Assembly (NCBI GenBank): GCA_038245785.1
Contig: JBBRSB010000026.1
Location: 1-64,000, forward strand
DNA: 64,000 nt
From: Gloeobacterales cyanobacterium
GTDB taxonomy: Bacteria > Cyanobacteriota > Cyanobacteriia > Gloeobacterales > PMM-0068
Reading direction: 5' to 3'
The notes below the pieces were generated by a model. It saw only the letters and a program-made list of their open reading frames with translations. It was not told the origin of the DNA and did no database searches. The translations under genes were made by a program, and so were the position numbers. Positions 49,100 to 59,062 of this stretch are shown here, one piece after another (positions within the stretch are counted from its first letter, which is position 1; the number at the start of each line of letters is the position of its first letter).

Positions 49100-49903
49100 A
49101 TGAGTGTTTTAACCCTCTCGCAGATGCTAGAGGCTGGGGTTCACTTTGGACACCAGACCCGCCGCTGGAATCCTAAAATGCGGCCTTATATCTTCACTGA
49201 GCGTAATGGAATTCATGTCATCGACTTGACCCTGACCGCCCAGTATCTCGAACAAGCCTATGGCTACTTGCAGAATGCTTCCAGCAAAGGCAAAAAAGTT
49301 CTTTTCGTAGGCACCAAGCGCCAGGCAGCTTCGGTTATTTCCCAGGAAGCAGCCCGCTGCGGCATGTACTGGGTAAACCAACGCTGGTTGGGAGGCATGT
49401 TGACCAACTGGACCACGATCAAAACCCGTGTGGACCGCCTCAAAGACTTAGAAGGCATGTCTGAAAATGGCATGTTGGATCGCCTTCCCAAGAAAGAAGC
49501 CTCTTCTTTGCGTCGGGAAATGGAGCGTCTTCAGAAATATTTGGGTGGCATCAAGAGAATGCGCCGCTTACCGGATATTCTCTTTGTTGTAGACCAGCGT
49601 CGGGAAAACAATGCAGTCCTAGAAGCTCGCCGTCTGGGCATCGAAGTGATTGCCTTGTTGGATACCAACTGCGATCCAGATATGGTGGATGTTGGTATTC
49701 CCGCGAACGATGATGCAATTCGGTCTATCCGTTTGATCGTCGGACGCCTGACCGATGCCATCATTGAAGGCCGTGGCGGCAGTGCCCAAGCGACCGAAGA
49801 CGAAAATGAAATGGCTTTTGCCGTGGGCGACGATGAAGTAGAAGCAGAGGACGAAGAGGAATCCGAAGTCCCCAGCAGTGAACCCGTTGTAGAGGAAGTA
49901 TAG
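49100..49903 (+). CDS. rpsB: 30S ribosomal protein S2
   Basis: [35 protein letters not shown]. Confidence 0.99.
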   Translation: MSVLTLSQMLEAGVHFGHQTRRWNPKMRPYIFTERNGIHVIDLTLTAQYLEQAYGYLQNASSKGKKVLFVGTKRQAASVISQEAARCGMYWVNQRWLGGMLTNWTTIKTRVDRLKDLEGMSENGMLDRLPKKEASSLRREMERLQKYLGGIKRMRRLPDILFVVDQRRENNAVLEARRLGIEVIALLDTNCDPDMVDVGIPANDDAIRSIRLIVGRLTDAIIEGRGGSAQATEDENEMAFAVGDDEVEAEDEEESEVPSSEPVVEEV

Positions 49904-49905
49904 TC

Positions 49906-50568
49906 ATGGCTGAAATCTCTCCTGCATTGGTAAAACAACTCCGGGAAAAAACCGGAGTTGGAATGATGGAATGCAAGAAAGCTCTGGTTGAAGCAGAGGG
50001 CGATGTGGAAAAAGCTGAGGAAGTCCTGCGCAAAAAAGGACTCTCCAAAGGGGAGAAACTGGCTAGCCGTGTGGCGACAGAAGGCTTAGTCGCCTCCTAT
50101 ATCCACACCGGAGACCGAATTGGCGTATTGGTGGAAGTCAATTGCCAAACGGATTTCGTGGCTCGTGGTGATGAATTCCGTCAGCTATCTCGGGACATTG
50201 CTATGCAGATTGCCGCTTCTCCCACCGTAGAGTATGTCTCTGTGGATGAAGTACCTGAGGAAACAAAAGAGCGAGAAAAAGCGATTGAAATGGGTCGCGA
50301 GGACTTGGCAAGCAAGCCAGAGGCGATTCGGGAAAAGATCGTTCAAGGAAGGATTGATAAACTCCTGAAAGAACGGGCTTTGCTGGATCAGCCGTTTATT
50401 AAAGACCCCAACATCACCGTCGACGAGCTGATCAAACAGAAGATGCTCACCATCGGAGAGAACATCAAAGTCCGTCGCTTTGCCCGCTTTGTTCTAGGCG
50501 AAGGCTTAGAAAAGAAAGAGGTAGACTTTGCAGCGGAGGTTGCTGAGCAGATGCAAAGAAAAGACTAA
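49906..50568 (+). CDS. tsf: Elongation factor Ts
   Basis: [29 protein letters not shown]. Confidence 0.99.
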   Translation: MAEISPALVKQLREKTGVGMMECKKALVEAEGDVEKAEEVLRKKGLSKGEKLASRVATEGLVASYIHTGDRIGVLVEVNCQTDFVARGDEFRQLSRDIAMQIAASPTVEYVSVDEVPEETKEREKAIEMGREDLASKPEAIREKIVQGRIDKLLKERALLDQPFIKDPNITVDELIKQKMLTIGENIKVRRFARFVLGEGLEKKEVDFAAEVAEQMQRKD

Positions 50569-50641
50569 GTGGCTAGGTGGAATTAAGAATACCCCCTATA
50601 GTCCCCCTTAAAAGGGACGGCGATAGCCGGGGGTTCTGAAC
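50566..50641 (+). repeat. Dispersed repeat, copy 1 (TAAGTGGCTAGGTGGAATTAAG...GGACGGCGATAGCCGG)
   Basis: Matches 58947..59047. Confidence 0.8.
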
Positions 50642-50662
50642 GCTAAGGCTAGCAAAATAGAC

Positions 50663-50700
50663 AAAAGTCCCTCCCAGCTCATTAAGCTAGGAGGGACTTT
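50663..50700. terminator. Bidirectional intrinsic terminator between tsf and the convergent gene
   Basis: AAAAGTCCCTCCCAGCT-CATTA-AGCTAGGAGGGACTTT hairpin with A and T flanks. Confidence 0.7.
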
Positions 50701-50708
50701 CTTGTGTT

Positions 50709-51017
50709 CTACTCAGTCTTTTTCCAATCTATCCGTTCAGCTTCAGGACAATCTTCAGACACAATCAAATCGGCTAAACTCATGGCCCCCGTGGGCACAG
50801 AGGATAAACGACGCTTGATCGTCCCGATACTTTCCAGACGGATCATCTCTTCCCAAGAACAGATTTCGTCTTCATCTTCAAGTTCGTAGCGGACGGTGAC
50901 GAGGTCTCCTTGTAGGTCTAGGATTCTCGCTCTCTCTAGCCAGACTCCCTGGTCACGAAGATAAATCCAAACCTCGGTACCTTCTCGGGAGAGTTGGTCG
51001 ATCTTACGATGCAGCAT
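50709..51017 (-). CDS. Conserved cyanobacterial hypothetical protein (DUF6679-like)
   Basis: MLHRKI.QL..EG.EV..YLRDQ..W.E.ARI...CSWEEMIRLESIG. Confidence 0.75.
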   Translation of the reverse strand: MLHRKIDQLSREGTEVWIYLRDQGVWLERARILDLQGDLVTVRYELEDEDEICSWEEMIRLESIGTIKRRLSSVPTGAMSLADLIVSEDCPEAERIDWKKTE

Positions 51018-51111
51018 GCGGTCCTCCCTTTAGAGACGCAGTACGTGCGCCCTCCATAAACGTTCATCTAGGAACGCTATACAACTATCTTATCCCACTA
51101 GACACCCTGTT

Positions 51112-51708
51112 CTAACGGGGTTCTAACGGAAGACTTGCTAAAGCCTGGTCTAACTGGTACTCCAAATGCTCTGGAGAACGGTCATTTTCGAAAACCCAGT
51201 CTGCCATCGCCACTTTTTGGTCAAGGGGTATTTGGACCTGAATGCGGGCCTGGGCGTCTTTGGCTGTCAGTTGGTCTCTCTGCTGCAAGCGAAGCTGTTG
51301 GATAGCTGGAGTGCAGGAGACAACCCAGATCAGATCAACCAGATCGGTCATCTCACTTTCGAACAGTAGCGGGATCGATAGCACCTTTATGGCGTCGTCC
51401 GCATCTCGCCACTCGCTCATCCGTGTGCGCACCAGAGGATGGATCAACTGTTCCAACCAGTGGCGTTCCGCTGCACCCTGAAAAACGATACGCCCTAATT
51501 TTTTACGGTTCAGACAGCCATTGGACTGGAGGATATCAAGGCCGTAGCGTTTAATTATTGCTGCCAGCGCTTGAGTGCCTGGTACCACAGCCTCTCGACT
51601 TACGAGATCGGCATCTAAGACAGGGACTCCTCGGGCACGCAGAAAACGTTCGAGCGTGCTTTTCCCAGTGGCGATGCCCCCTGTCAGACCAATCGTAATT
51701 TTTGGCAC
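51112..51708 (-). CDS. coaE: Dephospho-CoA kinase
   Basis: IGLTGGIATGKST, DAD, IHPLVR, IPLLFE. Confidence 0.96.
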   Translation of the reverse strand: MPKITIGLTGGIATGKSTLERFLRARGVPVLDADLVSREAVVPGTQALAAIIKRYGLDILQSNGCLNRKKLGRIVFQGAAERHWLEQLIHPLVRTRMSEWRDADDAIKVLSIPLLFESEMTDLVDLIWVVSCTPAIQQLRLQQRDQLTAKDAQARIQVQIPLDQKVAMADWVFENDRSPEHLEYQLDQALASLPLEPR

Positions 51709-52937
51709 TATCTTGGGATGAAGAATAACTGAATTAAGCCTACCGCAAAGCCTAAAATGCCCCCAAGATTGACAATAGCTTGTAACTCTTTACGAACAAT
51801 CGCCTGAATGGCACTCTCCAATTCCTGGGGCGAGGTGGACTGCACCCGCTCAGTAATCATCTGGTCTAGATTCAAGATAGGAATCACGCGCATTACTAGC
51901 TGTTCCATATCTTTTTCAAGATAACGCTCTACAATTTGAGCAAGTTCTGTGCTAATCGGCCCCATCGAATCTGATAGAGAACCGGAATTAGCTACCCGTT
52001 TGAGTAGTAGAATCGCCACACCTTCCCAATCAATAGAAGCGCCTAAACCTTCCACCAGATCAGGGCCTTCGGTCCGTACATAGTCCCGAATGCTACCGTT
52101 GAGGTTCTCCTTGAGTTGGGCAATAGTTTGGGTCGGTAGCGTCTTAAGCGTGAGACTTTGGAGCAATTCACTTAAGCGCTTTCTAATACCAACCGAGCCC
52201 AGCAACTCAGATAAAAGTGCATTAGCATTTTCTGGACTGTCTACCAAGAAAGTCCGCAGACGAACAAGGGCAGTTTTTGCCCCAACTAGATTAGCAACCA
52301 GCCAATACGTGCCTGTAGTTTTCTCTCTAAATCTTTGGTCTAAAGCCTCAATACTGCTATCTGTCAGAAAAGCAATCAGGCCCTTGCGCAAAACATCAGG
52401 AGGTAACGTATTGGATAACAAAAAATCTGAGAGTTTATCAGCTTGTGTTTGATTGATTTCTAAGCGCATGACCACGCGCTCGAAGACAGCATCCAGCTGT
52501 TCTTCCAGAAAATCTTCGCGGCGGGCGAGCACTTTAATAATTCGAGGGAGCGATTCGCTGAAAAGCTCTTTCAGCAAGTTGGCTAATAACTGGGTTGTAC
52601 GACCTTGGGCTTCAGAACTTGATAAGCGTTCTAGCGCCGATCCTAAGAGCCATTGGATCGCTGCTTCCAAGCGTTCCCGCTGCAACAGGCGATGGGCCAG
52701 GTCCTGCAAGGCATCCGGTGTCAAGAGTCGCTCCATGACGATGGTGGAGACTTTAACAGCCAGGCGGGATTGATTTAGCGGGATGAGTCCAGGTGTAAAC
52801 GGAAGCCGAAACTTGCCGACATAAACAGGCAAATAGGGCCGGAATAGCATCCGAATCGCAATGTCATTGGTGAAATAGCCAATGATTGCACCAGCGATCG
52901 GGGGGACTATGTATTGGAGGAGAGAGACATCGGCCAC
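51708..52937 (-). CDS. DUF445 family membrane protein
   Basis: GAIIGYFTNDIAIRMLFRPY..PFTPGLIP and ELQAIVNLGGILG. Confidence 0.9.
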   Translation of the reverse strand: MADVSLLQYIVPPIAGAIIGYFTNDIAIRMLFRPYLPVYVGKFRLPFTPGLIPLNQSRLAVKVSTIVMERLLTPDALQDLAHRLLQRERLEAAIQWLLGSALERLSSSEAQGRTTQLLANLLKELFSESLPRIIKVLARREDFLEEQLDAVFERVVMRLEINQTQADKLSDFLLSNTLPPDVLRKGLIAFLTDSSIEALDQRFREKTTGTYWLVANLVGAKTALVRLRTFLVDSPENANALLSELLGSVGIRKRLSELLQSLTLKTLPTQTIAQLKENLNGSIRDYVRTEGPDLVEGLGASIDWEGVAILLLKRVANSGSLSDSMGPISTELAQIVERYLEKDMEQLVMRVIPILNLDQMITERVQSTSPQELESAIQAIVRKELQAIVNLGGILGFAVGLIQLFFIPR

Positions 52938-52942
52938 CGGGT

Positions 52943-53692
52943 CTAAATTCCTGAACCGTGGGAAAAGTCGTCGAGAATAGATACGAGCTTTTTATCTTTG
53001 CTAAGAGCAGGACGGGTAGGGCTCGGATTAGAGGGAGCCTGTCCGGAGCGCAACGTTTCTAATTCTGTTTCTACTTGGTCTAACCGTTCTACTAAGCTGC
53101 GGATCACATCGGCTAATGGGTCAGGACTTTCAGCGTGGTTGAGTGGATCGATGCGTCGGCCTCCTTGATAGACTACACGACCGGGAACACCGACCACCGT
53201 GCAATCACTGGGGACAGAACGCAGGACTACAGAACCTGCACCAATGCGGACGTTATCCCCAATTTCAATATTTCCTAAAACTTTGGCTCCGGCACCGACG
53301 ACAACCCCTTTACCAAGGGTCGGGTGACGCTTCCCTAGCTCTTTTCCGGTTCCTCCCAGGGTGACTCCCTGATAAATCAGAGCCTCATCACCGACAATGG
53401 CCGTCTCTCCAATCACCACGCCCATCCCGTGGTCAATGAAAATTCCTCGGCCTAAACGTGCGCCTGGGTGAATCTCAATCCCTGTCAGAAACCTGGTGAG
53501 ATAGGAGATCAGTCGCGGAAAGAAAGGCACGCCCATCTGGAATAAACCATGGGCAATCCGATGAATGGTTAGAGCTTGGAAACCAGGGTAGAGCAAAATC
53601 TCCAGCACGCCATGGGCCGCAGGATCTTTATCAAGGGCTGCCTGGATATCTGCTCGGACGACGGTGCTCAGGTTGCGGAGGGTCTTAAACAC
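52943..53692 (-). CDS. cysE: Serine O-acetyltransferase
   Basis: DPAA, GIEIHPGA, FIDHGMGVVIGET, KRHPTLG, VVGVPGR. Confidence 0.97.
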   Translation of the reverse strand: MFKTLRNLSTVVRADIQAALDKDPAAHGVLEILLYPGFQALTIHRIAHGLFQMGVPFFPRLISYLTRFLTGIEIHPGARLGRGIFIDHGMGVVIGETAIVGDEALIYQGVTLGGTGKELGKRHPTLGKGVVVGAGAKVLGNIEIGDNVRIGAGSVVLRSVPSDCTVVGVPGRVVYQGGRRIDPLNHAESPDPLADVIRSLVERLDQVETELETLRSGQAPSNPSPTRPALSKDKKLVSILDDFSHGSGI

Positions 53693-53814
53693 GTCAGAGG
53701 TCAGGAGTGTTTCTTTATTTTAACAGTCGATTTCCTCTTCCTGCTTGTCTTACTGTTCTCTGTGGATATTTAGATCCCTATCAGATAGGGGAAAAGTTCT
53801 CTTTTAGCTAGTAA

Positions 53815-55893
53815 CTAACCGTCTTCAGCTACGCCAATCAGCCTTGCTTGTGAGGGTCTAGGCTCTTCTCCAGGTTCAGGGTAGCGTCTGGTATAGGTAG
53901 CATCGTGGAGTTCCCAGCTTTGATAGTTATCTTCAAAATAGATCTGGAGGCTAGCCAAGAGCTTCCGTTTAACAACCTCGGATTGAATCGGAGTAACAAC
54001 TTCTACTCGGCGGTCTAGATTGCGGGTCATCCAGTCGGCAGAACCAATGTAGAGTTCCTCTTCGCCTCCATTTTGGAAGTAGAAGACCCGTGAGTGCTCC
54101 AGAAAGCGTCCAATCACACTGGTCACGCGGATACTCTCACTCACTCCAGGGATCCCAGGCTTGAGCGCACAAACCCCACGGACAATCAAGTCAATCTGGA
54201 CCCCATGCTGGGAGGCATAGTAAAGGTTGCGGATAATTTCTGGATCGACTAGGGAATTCATTTTGGCCATAATCCGCCCTGGACGGTCAGGATGGTGCTT
54301 TTTCACCTCTCGTTGGATCAGGTCTAAGAAACTAGAGCGTAGACTAATCGGGGCGACTAAGAGTTTGTGATACTTATGTCTGCGGGCATAGCCAGTCAAA
54401 AAGTTGAACAGATCTGTTGCGTCTGTCCCAATCTCAGGGTCACAGGTGAAGAGGCCATAGTCTGTATAGATTCTGGCAGTTTTGGAGTTGTAGTTCCCGG
54501 TGCCAATATGCACATAGCGACGAATGCCCGAACCTTCTCGTCGGACGACTAACGCCAACTTGCTATGCGTCTTGAGGCCAATCAGCCCATAGGCCACATG
54601 GACCCCTGCTTTTTCTAAAGCCTTGGCCCAGTTGATATTGTTCTCTTCATCAAAGCGGGCTTTGAGTTCCACCAAGCAAGCCACTTGTTTCCCATTTTCA
54701 GCTGCTCGAATCAGCGATTGCACCACCGGAGAATCTCCAGAGGTACGGTAAAGCGTCTGTTTAATCGCCAATACCTTTGGGTCTGCAGCGGCTTCTGAAA
54801 TAAAGCGTTCCACCGAGGAGGCAAAGCTGTCATAAGGATGATGGACGAAGAGATCGCCTCTGCGAATGAGAGAGAAAATACTCGCCTCTTTGTTCTGCAG
54901 CGGAGTCGGAACGGCTGGGGCATGGGGTGGATATTGGAGATGGGCAAAGGGCAGATTACAGAGACTGAAGAGACTGTCATGGTCTAAGAGTCCATGGATC
55001 GGAAATACATCCCGAGAACTCAGTTCCATCGCCTCCATTAGATAGGTCAACAGGGAGGGGGGCATGTCATGAGGGACTTCCAATCGCACCACATCCCCAA
55101 ATCTGCGCGTCCTTAGGCCTTGCTCAATGACCAGGAGCAAATCATCCGCCTCTTCCTCCTCCAAAGCCATATCTGCATTGCGCGTGATCCGAAACGGATA
55201 GCTAGCGAGTACTTCCATGCCATGAAAGAGTTCGTCCAGGTGCGCTGCAATGATCTGTTCTAAAGGAACGTAGTGATACGGCGTATCAATTTCGACGAAC
55301 CGAGGCAAGATTTTTTGAGGGACCTTCACCCGTGCAAAATGATCCATCCCTCCATCAGGGTTGCGCACCAAGACTGCCAAGGAAAGGCTGAGATTAGATA
55401 GATAGGGAAAGGGGTGGGAAGGGTCTACGGCAAGAGGGGTAAGGACAGGAAAGACCATTTCCTCAAAGTAATGGCGGACCAGTTGCTTTTGGCCCTTATC
55501 AAGCTGGTCATAATCCAAAATGTAGATGCCTTCTTCGGCCAACAGCGGCCTGAGCGTTTCTTCGAAATAACGAGCCTGTTGACTCACCACCGGATGAATA
55601 TGTTCGCTTAGTACTTCTAGCTGTTGTTCTGGGGTCAGACCATCAGGAGTCCGTTTGGTGACCTGTGCAGCCTTCTGCTGCTCCAAGCCTGATACTCGCA
55701 CCATGAAAAATTCATCAAGGTTATTACTAAAAATCGCGGAGAACTTCAAACGCTCTAAAAGCGGGTTTCGCTCATCGTAGACTTCTGCCAGAACCCGTTT
55801 GTTGAACTCCAGCCAGCTTAGTTCCCGATTGTTAAAGAGTTTCGGGTCATAGAGGTCTTCAGGAATAGCCAATTTTTGATGAGAAAAGACCAT
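53815..55893 (-). CDS. ppk1: Polyphosphate kinase 1
   Basis: NRELSWLEFN, HHPYDSF, ELKARFDEENN, KTHSK, RFLEHSR. Confidence 0.98.
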   Translation of the reverse strand: MVFSHQKLAIPEDLYDPKLFNNRELSWLEFNKRVLAEVYDERNPLLERLKFSAIFSNNLDEFFMVRVSGLEQQKAAQVTKRTPDGLTPEQQLEVLSEHIHPVVSQQARYFEETLRPLLAEEGIYILDYDQLDKGQKQLVRHYFEEMVFPVLTPLAVDPSHPFPYLSNLSLSLAVLVRNPDGGMDHFARVKVPQKILPRFVEIDTPYHYVPLEQIIAAHLDELFHGMEVLASYPFRITRNADMALEEEEADDLLLVIEQGLRTRRFGDVVRLEVPHDMPPSLLTYLMEAMELSSRDVFPIHGLLDHDSLFSLCNLPFAHLQYPPHAPAVPTPLQNKEASIFSLIRRGDLFVHHPYDSFASSVERFISEAAADPKVLAIKQTLYRTSGDSPVVQSLIRAAENGKQVACLVELKARFDEENNINWAKALEKAGVHVAYGLIGLKTHSKLALVVRREGSGIRRYVHIGTGNYNSKTARIYTDYGLFTCDPEIGTDATDLFNFLTGYARRHKYHKLLVAPISLRSSFLDLIQREVKKHHPDRPGRIMAKMNSLVDPEIIRNLYYASQHGVQIDLIVRGVCALKPGIPGVSESIRVTSVIGRFLEHSRVFYFQNGGEEELYIGSADWMTRNLDRRVEVVTPIQSEVVKRKLLASLQIYFEDNYQSWELHDATYTRRYPEPGEEPRPSQARLIGVAEDG

Positions 55894-56131
55894 AGCTAGA
55901 AATCTTACCGATATTGATATAGGTGCTTCTCTCAGCGTAACGGAACCACTACGCTATCGGCATTGGATTTTTACGGGTATAGGAGATTTAGGTTAAGTCT
56001 GGGCTGGATTTCACCATCTGACTGACTAGGCTACGAGCTTTCTGTGGCTCGTGATCATGGCAATTCTGGTCAGCGTCAATCTAATCTCAATTAGACTAAT
56101 TTGGATTATAATAATTTAGATTATACAACCA

Positions 56132-57538
56132 ATGCTGGCCATGTTTGTAGGCAGAGTGCAAGAGTTACAGATTCTTGGGCGTGAGTATAACCGTTCTCGG
56201 CCTTCCCTCATTGTGGTGCTGGGGCAGCGGCGCGTTGGGAAATCAACGCTGCTTTTGAAAAGTATTGAAGGCCGATCCCATATTTACTACCAAGCGACCA
56301 AGCTCACGGATTCAGACAACCAGATGCTGTTCAAGCAAGCGATTGCGGCTGAATTAGGCTCTGATCCGCTCCTCAATAGCCTAAATGACTGGGCTGGAAT
56401 TTGGAGTTATCTTCAGCAAGTCGCAGCACAGCGACCAGGCTTAACCGTCATCCTAGATGAGTTTCCCTACCTCTGTGAGGCACAACCCGCTCTTCCCTCT
56501 ATCCTTCAAAGCGCTTGGGACCGAATACAGGCCCAGGCTGCCCCTCTCAACTTGGTGCTCTGTGGCTCCAAAATCTCCTTTATGGAGGAATTACTCGCTG
56601 AACGAAATCCCTTGCGCGGAAGACAAACGATAGAACTGGATCTTGCACCGCTCCCCTATCGCGATGCTGTGTGCTGCTTTCCAAACTGGTCGCCGATAGA
56701 GAAACTGTCTGCCTACGGAGTTTTTGGGGGTATGCCCTATTATCTTTCCCTATGCGATCCATCCGCTCCTCTGGCTGTCAATATCCGTGAGGTAATCCTC
56801 GACCGGGGTGCGGCCCTCCATGATGAACCCAATCTCTTACTCCAGGCTGAGCTTACCAGTGTTTCTCGCTATGCCAGTATCCTCCATGCCATCGCGGATG
56901 GTTGTAAAGAGTGGGGAGACATTCTTGGGCGGTTGCGGGATATCAAGGGCAGCAGCCAACTTTCCCCTTACGTCAAAAAGCTTGAAGGGTTACGCCTGAT
57001 TCAGATAATAAGGTCCCTTGATGCCCATGAACGGCAGCGCCAATATCGATACTATCTGGATGATCCTTTTCTCTCCTTCTGGTATCGCTTCGTATTACCG
57101 AATTGGTCTGCGTTAGAGTCTGGTCATTCCCAGGCAGTCTATGAACGCATGATTGAGCCCTTTCTCGATGATTATATGGGATGTCTTTTCGAACGAATTT
57201 GCCAAGAATATATGCGCTTATATGGACAAGAACTGTTAGGAAATCCTGCTCAGGAAGTGGGTCGTATTTGGGCAGGAGACTTTGATATTGATGTCGCCGG
57301 AAAACTACTGGATGGCTCAGTCTTCTACGGCGAATGCAAATGGTGGAAGAATCTTGTCGGAGAGAATATTCTGGACCGCCTGATCGAGCATTCAACACGA
57401 ACAACCTATGGAAAAGGAAACATCCCTTGCCACTATCTCATCTTTGCTCGGCAGGGATTCACCGCAGACCTCAAAGCCAGAGCTGCGAACAATCCCAACA
57501 TATATCTTGTCACCCCAGAGAAACTGCTCGGCCCGTGA
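56132..57538 (+). CDS. Archaeal-type AAA ATPase with wHTH and C-terminal PD-(D/E)xK (DUF234) domain
   Basis: FVGR..EL, GQRRVGKS, ILDEFPYL, GGMPYYL, DIDV...GECKW. Confidence 0.88.
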   Translation: MLAMFVGRVQELQILGREYNRSRPSLIVVLGQRRVGKSTLLLKSIEGRSHIYYQATKLTDSDNQMLFKQAIAAELGSDPLLNSLNDWAGIWSYLQQVAAQRPGLTVILDEFPYLCEAQPALPSILQSAWDRIQAQAAPLNLVLCGSKISFMEELLAERNPLRGRQTIELDLAPLPYRDAVCCFPNWSPIEKLSAYGVFGGMPYYLSLCDPSAPLAVNIREVILDRGAALHDEPNLLLQAELTSVSRYASILHAIADGCKEWGDILGRLRDIKGSSQLSPYVKKLEGLRLIQIIRSLDAHERQRQYRYYLDDPFLSFWYRFVLPNWSALESGHSQAVYERMIEPFLDDYMGCLFERICQEYMRLYGQELLGNPAQEVGRIWAGDFDIDVAGKLLDGSVFYGECKWWKNLVGENILDRLIEHSTRTTYGKGNIPCHYLIFARQGFTADLKARAANNPNIYLVTPEKLLGP

Positions 57539-57549
57539 AGTAATTTTGT

Positions 57550-58155
57550 TCATCCCATGGCCTCCAGATAGGGCTGGATGATACGGGCCACACGGCAAAT
57601 CTGGGCATATTTCCACAGATCATCCATACTGCCCATACGCTGCCGTCGATAGTCGTGGAGGGCTTCGAGGGCGACATCCAGCCCAATCCGACTCCGAAAT
57701 TTAAAGCAGTCAGCAACTGTCTTGGCAGGGTTATAGAGCTGTACTCGGACCCCTTCAATGAGATGTTCTTCTATCCCGCTGGTTAGGCTAGCGCTCGACA
57801 TCCGCACAACCTGGAGGTGAGGATAATCCAGATGAGGCGTACGAGCTTTATTCTCTATGGCTATCCACGTTGCAAAAGGAGCTTCGGTCGTAAGGTCATA
57901 AAATCTCAGAGCCGAAAGCAGACAAATGACTCCATGGGGAACCCGAAGACTGGCTTCTGCCATAGTGTGGTGCTCACTAATTTCCTGTGAACTGCTGGTA
58001 TAAATCCCTCTACCAACGCGTTCAATCAATCCCTGCTCAGCTAGACGGGCCAGATATCGTCGGCTGTTCGGGTCCAGTTTGAAGTCCCTAGCCCGGAGCA
58101 TTCCTCCGGCCTGAACAATTTTGAGAATTTTCTCGGTTTTCGATTCTGCGGCCAC
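57550..58155 (-). CDS. Type IV TA antitoxin/transcriptional regulator, AbiEi family (orphan)
   Basis: wHTH ERVGRGIY, ICLLSALRFYDLT, PAKTVADCFKFRSRIGLDVALEAL. Confidence 0.9.
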   Translation of the reverse strand: MAAESKTEKILKIVQAGGMLRARDFKLDPNSRRYLARLAEQGLIERVGRGIYTSSSQEISEHHTMAEASLRVPHGVICLLSALRFYDLTTEAPFATWIAIENKARTPHLDYPHLQVVRMSSASLTSGIEEHLIEGVRVQLYNPAKTVADCFKFRSRIGLDVALEALHDYRRQRMGSMDDLWKYAQICRVARIIQPYLEAMG

Positions 58156-58210
58156 TTTGTCTTATTTCGTCGGTACTTGTTTAATTCTACCTACAGAAAA
58201 GGACAAATTG
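58153..58210. promoter_or_regulatory. Putative AbiEi operator: imperfect 23-bp inverted repeat
   Basis: 58153-58175 and 58188-58210 match at 17/23 positions, with a 12-bp spacer. Confidence 0.6.
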
Positions 58211-58232
58211 CGGACTTCACCTCTTAACAACT

Positions 58233-58892
58233 TCACGAGGCAGACTCGGTGAAAACAATTTTGTATAAAGACTTTTGAAACTCGTTATCGGCCAGTTCTA
58301 GTATTTCGACGATAGGACCTGCGAACGGGGGATTGTCGACCATGGTGGCGTATTCAGCCTGGGTTGTCCACAGCCCATAGTTCACACAAACAGCGCCCTC
58401 GCCAGCAATGCTCCGGTGAAAGTGCGTAGAAACCAATCCTGGTTGCCCAGACACTAAGCCTACCGATTCTTGGGCTAACTCGATAAACCGTGCTTGGTTC
58501 TCCGGTTTCTTCATTTTGAAAATGCCGAAGTTGATCAGTCCTTCTATATCGGTAGCGATTTTGAGCTGACTGCCTTCGGGCTCACTGATAAAGATTTCGT
58601 AGAGATGAAGATCGGGTTTCGGAAAATCAGAAAGTTTCACAGCGGCTGCTTTTACATCCGCATTTTTGATGAATGCAAAATATTCCTTCTCACTCTTCCA
58701 CTGGGCATAGTTGATCACCCGTAGCCCATCTAAACTTCTATGAATAGTGGATGAAATAAATCCTGGCTGTTGCTGCATCGCTGACTGGATGAAGGTTTGA
58801 ATCGCATCTACAAGCTTTTGCTGTCCCTCAGGCTCTGTGGTGTAGATCGCCATTACCGTGGTTACGTCTTGGGCTTTAGTGATAACGGGCAT
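58233..58892 (-). CDS. Antibiotic biosynthesis monooxygenase family, tandem ABM domains
   Basis: QPGFISSTIHRSLDG..NYAQW and QPGLVSTHFHRS..NYGLW. Confidence 0.85.
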   Translation of the reverse strand: MPVITKAQDVTTVMAIYTTEPEGQQKLVDAIQTFIQSAMQQQPGFISSTIHRSLDGLRVINYAQWKSEKEYFAFIKNADVKAAAVKLSDFPKPDLHLYEIFISEPEGSQLKIATDIEGLINFGIFKMKKPENQARFIELAQESVGLVSGQPGLVSTHFHRSIAGEGAVCVNYGLWTTQAEYATMVDNPPFAGPIVEILELADNEFQKSLYKIVFTESAS

Positions 58893-58946
58893 CCTAGTAT
58901 CTCACAGTAAATAAAATGCAAGAACTACTTCCTGCCCAAAGGCAAC

Positions 58947-59047
58947 TAAGTAGCTGGGTGGAATTAAGAAGACCCCCTATAGTCCCCCTTGCCCTAAGCG
59001 AATCTTTCCCGAAGGGTGGGGGACGGCGATAGCCGGGAGTTTTAAAC
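58947..59047 (+). repeat. Dispersed repeat, copy 2, with internal insertion
   Basis: Same as 50566..50641 but with an extra CCCTAAGCGAATCTTTCCCGAAGGG segment. Confidence 0.8.
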
Positions 59048-59062
59048 CCACTCATTTTCTAT

